NCBI GenBank assembly: GCA_973851085.1
Contig: OZ316775.1
Span: 22,072,001-22,136,000, forward strand
Length of the DNA stretch: 64,000 nucleotides
From: Ptychomitrium polyphyllum
Taxonomy: Eukaryota
Reading direction: 5' to 3'
The notes below the pieces were generated by a model. That model was not told where the DNA came from. It saw only the letters and a list, made by a program, of their open reading frames with translations, and ran no database searches. A program made the position numbers and the translations under genes. The first letter of the stretch is position 1, and each line of letters starts with the position of its first letter. Below, piece by piece: positions 61,449 through 64,000 of this stretch.

Positions 61449-62526
61449 TCAGATGCCCAGTCTCTTGAACAAGTGCACGAAGATCTCCTCGCCGGACACC
61501 AGCTCCTGCGCGACGAACGCGGCGATGGCGATCATGGCCAGGCGCCCGTTGTTCAGCTCCTTGGTCTGCATGTCCTTCCTCTCCTGGGGGTCGGACGGCA
61601 GCAGGCCCAGCGGGTCGAACCCCAGGTTGCCGGGCTCGTAGTCGTCCCTCAGCGTCATGAAGTCCTCGGAGCGCGGAGTGGCCCACCCGAGGCCCACTCT
61701 GTAAGCCTCGCACAGCGCGATGACGAACAGCAGCGGCTCCCAGAACACGGCGCCGCGAGCCTCCACCTGCTGGAAGTGGTAGATGGCAGGGCCGCTGATG
61801 CCGCCGTCGAAGTTGTAGAAGAGCTTGTAGTCCTGGAGCTGCTCCTGGACGATGAAGCCCAGCGACGCCAGCATGGCGACGCGGCCGTGGGTGACCTCGG
61901 ACTCGCGCCATCTGTTGAGCTCCTTGATGGGGCGGGGGCTGGAGGCGGCGCGGGCTAGCAGATCCGCGGGGTCGAAGATGGCGGGGAATGGGGCGCACAC
62001 TCCGGGCATGGTCTTCGCGTCTGCATTGTCAATATAAGCAAGCATAAGCATCAACAAAGAAGATGCTTCATTTGTTACGCCATTGAGATACGTATGGTTT
62101 CTTTTCTGTCCCTTCACTCTTCTCTGTACAGCTGTGGAACCGACAGTCAGAACACGGCTCTAAAGACCCATCTTCGAAACCTCATACCATTATGCAAGGC
62201 AAGTCCAACATAAGTGCGAAGTCTCATTTTTGAAAGGTAAAATAATCTAATAATCTTGTAGAATTCAATCAGCTTAGACGCTTGCAGTTAAGAAGGAGAA
62301 GAATGTGTATGGTTAAACTGAAATTTAGGGCAAAAAGATTCTTACATTCAAGCACATCTCGGGGGACGACTTCGGGGTTGGGCGCGGTAACTTCAGGTTG
62401 CGTCTGCTTGGGCGCAGTAGCGCTGATCCGCTGAACACCAGAGCGCCTGGTGCTCTGAGGAGCAGCTCCGGCTACGAAGAGCTTGGCTCCAGAAATACAG
62501 CTCACGGAGGACATGGCGGTCGCCAT
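61449..62526 (-). CDS. LHCSR: Stress-related light-harvesting protein LHCSR (LI818), 2 exons (62526-62346, 62020-61449), 250 aa, with transit peptide
   Basis: [17 protein letters not shown]...[22 protein letters not shown]...[24 protein letters not shown]...[11 protein letters not shown]...[13 protein letters not shown]...[26 protein letters not shown] intron in phase 1. Exon 2 has very high GC3. Confidence 0.96.
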
Positions 62527-64000
62527 TCCAAACTCACTAAGCTCTCTTGAGCTGCAAATAAGTGGGGAGAAGAAAAGCAGGAGAGAGATAATCTGTGAAA
62601 GGATGAATCGCTACGGATCTGCGGGAGGTGACAAATTATAAACGAATTCTCTAAATTCACACAGCTCTGCAGCCCCACAGATTTGAATGGTAGCGGTTGA
62701 TTCACGTATTTCTGAGTTCGTACAGTTATTGGCAGAATGACAACATTCCGAACATTAATTGTCAGCTCAAGCCTTTGAGTGCATTCCAGAATCCACTCTT
62801 AGTCAATCGACCGGTTAATCTTCTGTTCAAGTTCCACAGGTTGAATCAGCGAATTGGACACCCAAATTTGGCTCATCAGGGTATGTTCTCAGGCATCTGG
62901 CAAGCTACTGTACATTACGCTTGTGATCCTTGGAAATTTTGTGTGGACAGGAGATACCAAGTTGTCTCATCAACTAGAAAGAATAGAACGCGAATGCCAG
63001 ACTTTCTGACTAACAGTACTATCGGCTACATCTCAATTCTGGTTACGATAATCAGGGTATTGGCAGAATCTCTGATTTTCGGTGAAGTCCTAATTGCATT
63101 CTAAGTCTAATGCCAACCTCGGCATGTGTATAAATTGAGCGTGTGCAACACGAAAGTCCCCATGTGACGGCGTGCACAAGCGTGTGCATATTGCAATTTT
63201 CGACACTGATTTCGAGGAAATCACTCACATAGCGACGACAAATCTCTCAGCTGAACTCTCCGAAGATGCCGCGAAGTGAGGCAATCATGCAGAACGGTAA
63301 ATTTTCGCACAAGGGTATGACTAGGGTATGACTCAGTTGTTCCGCAGTACAACAGAAAGGAGAGAAATTGTGAGGAAGCATTATTTTCGAAGATGCCATG
63401 CAAACGATCGTCAATGAGCACACCCAATCGGACAGGGAGTCCTCCGAGACGGGAACACCTGTGGATCAAGAATTAGATCTGAGACCGCGATTTTAGACGC
63501 TGGACGAGCAGCAGCCAAGTGGAGGAGATGCAGGGGACATGCGGGCAAAAAGCTCGAGCTGCTCAACCTTTTAACTTATGACGAGGAAAAGGGGCTAAAG
63601 GAATGGCGACGCATCCGAGTCCGGGGCCACGAGAGTCAGAGTGGCACAAAGCGAGGGACTGGTGAAGATAGAATTGGGTTCTGGAATTGGGTGGAGGACG
63701 CTAGAAGCGCAACCATGGGCTGCAGAAAGACAAGAACTCCTGCCACCTTTCCCCGTCATGACTAGATGCGACCCCCACGATGCGCTTTCAGATTTGCCGC
63801 CAGGATTTGGCCACGATCAGATTGCTCACCCAATTCTGAGGTTGAGAAACGATTTTCATCTATCATCACATGAACGCGCTCGGTGACTGGTACAACTGGA
63901 AAGTTACTTATTTTATTATCGAATTTCGAATAAGTAGAATTTAGTGAATGCCGCCAATGAACCTGAGGCTCCCCTGCATCATAAAACGACATCGCTCATC

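Noticed and set aside
61219..62037. Long alternative-frame and antisense ORFs over LHCSR
   Set aside because: Expected by-product of very high GC3 codon usage.
63641..63992. Short ORFs at the window end
   Set aside because: No recognisable homology, and context is truncated by the window edge.

Overview
Eukaryotic nuclear DNA from a moss, most likely Physcomitrium/Funariaceae-like. The assignment rests on an LHCSR gene, a Sec10-formin fusion, a Tc1-like element and a chromovirus relic. Contents in order: the 3' end of a DUF248/PMT methyltransferase (1-162); an ankyrin-PGG pseudogene (~2490-4190); a 28-exon gene (6601-19945, ~2284 aa) in which a full exocyst Sec10 reads in frame through a repetitive linker into an FH1-FH2 formin (the For1F architecture already described in P. 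patens); ESCRT-III VPS24 (21503-23896); an internally deleted Tc1-like transposon with TIRs and TA TSD (27129-28256); a miRNA-type hairpin (28973-29096); a 14-exon CCD1-like dioxygenase with a transit-peptide-like N-terminus (minus, 30551-34623); two tandem GT37 fucosyltransferase-family genes, one intronless and one with a 100-nt intron; a 5'-truncated Ty3/gypsy chromovirus with its 3' LTR and an extra decayed ORF (47381-50990); a membrane-anchored FkbM-type methyltransferase (58563-59579); and LHCSR (minus, 61449-62526). The most interesting unexplained signals are three competing splice acceptors at the Sec10/formin junction (only one keeps the fusion in frame), a 10-11 x ~41-aa charge-patterned repeat array in the linker, and GT37 enzymes with altered acceptor-site residues. 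Exon boundaries were derived by hand from GT-AG sites and homology recalled from memory. No database searches were run.
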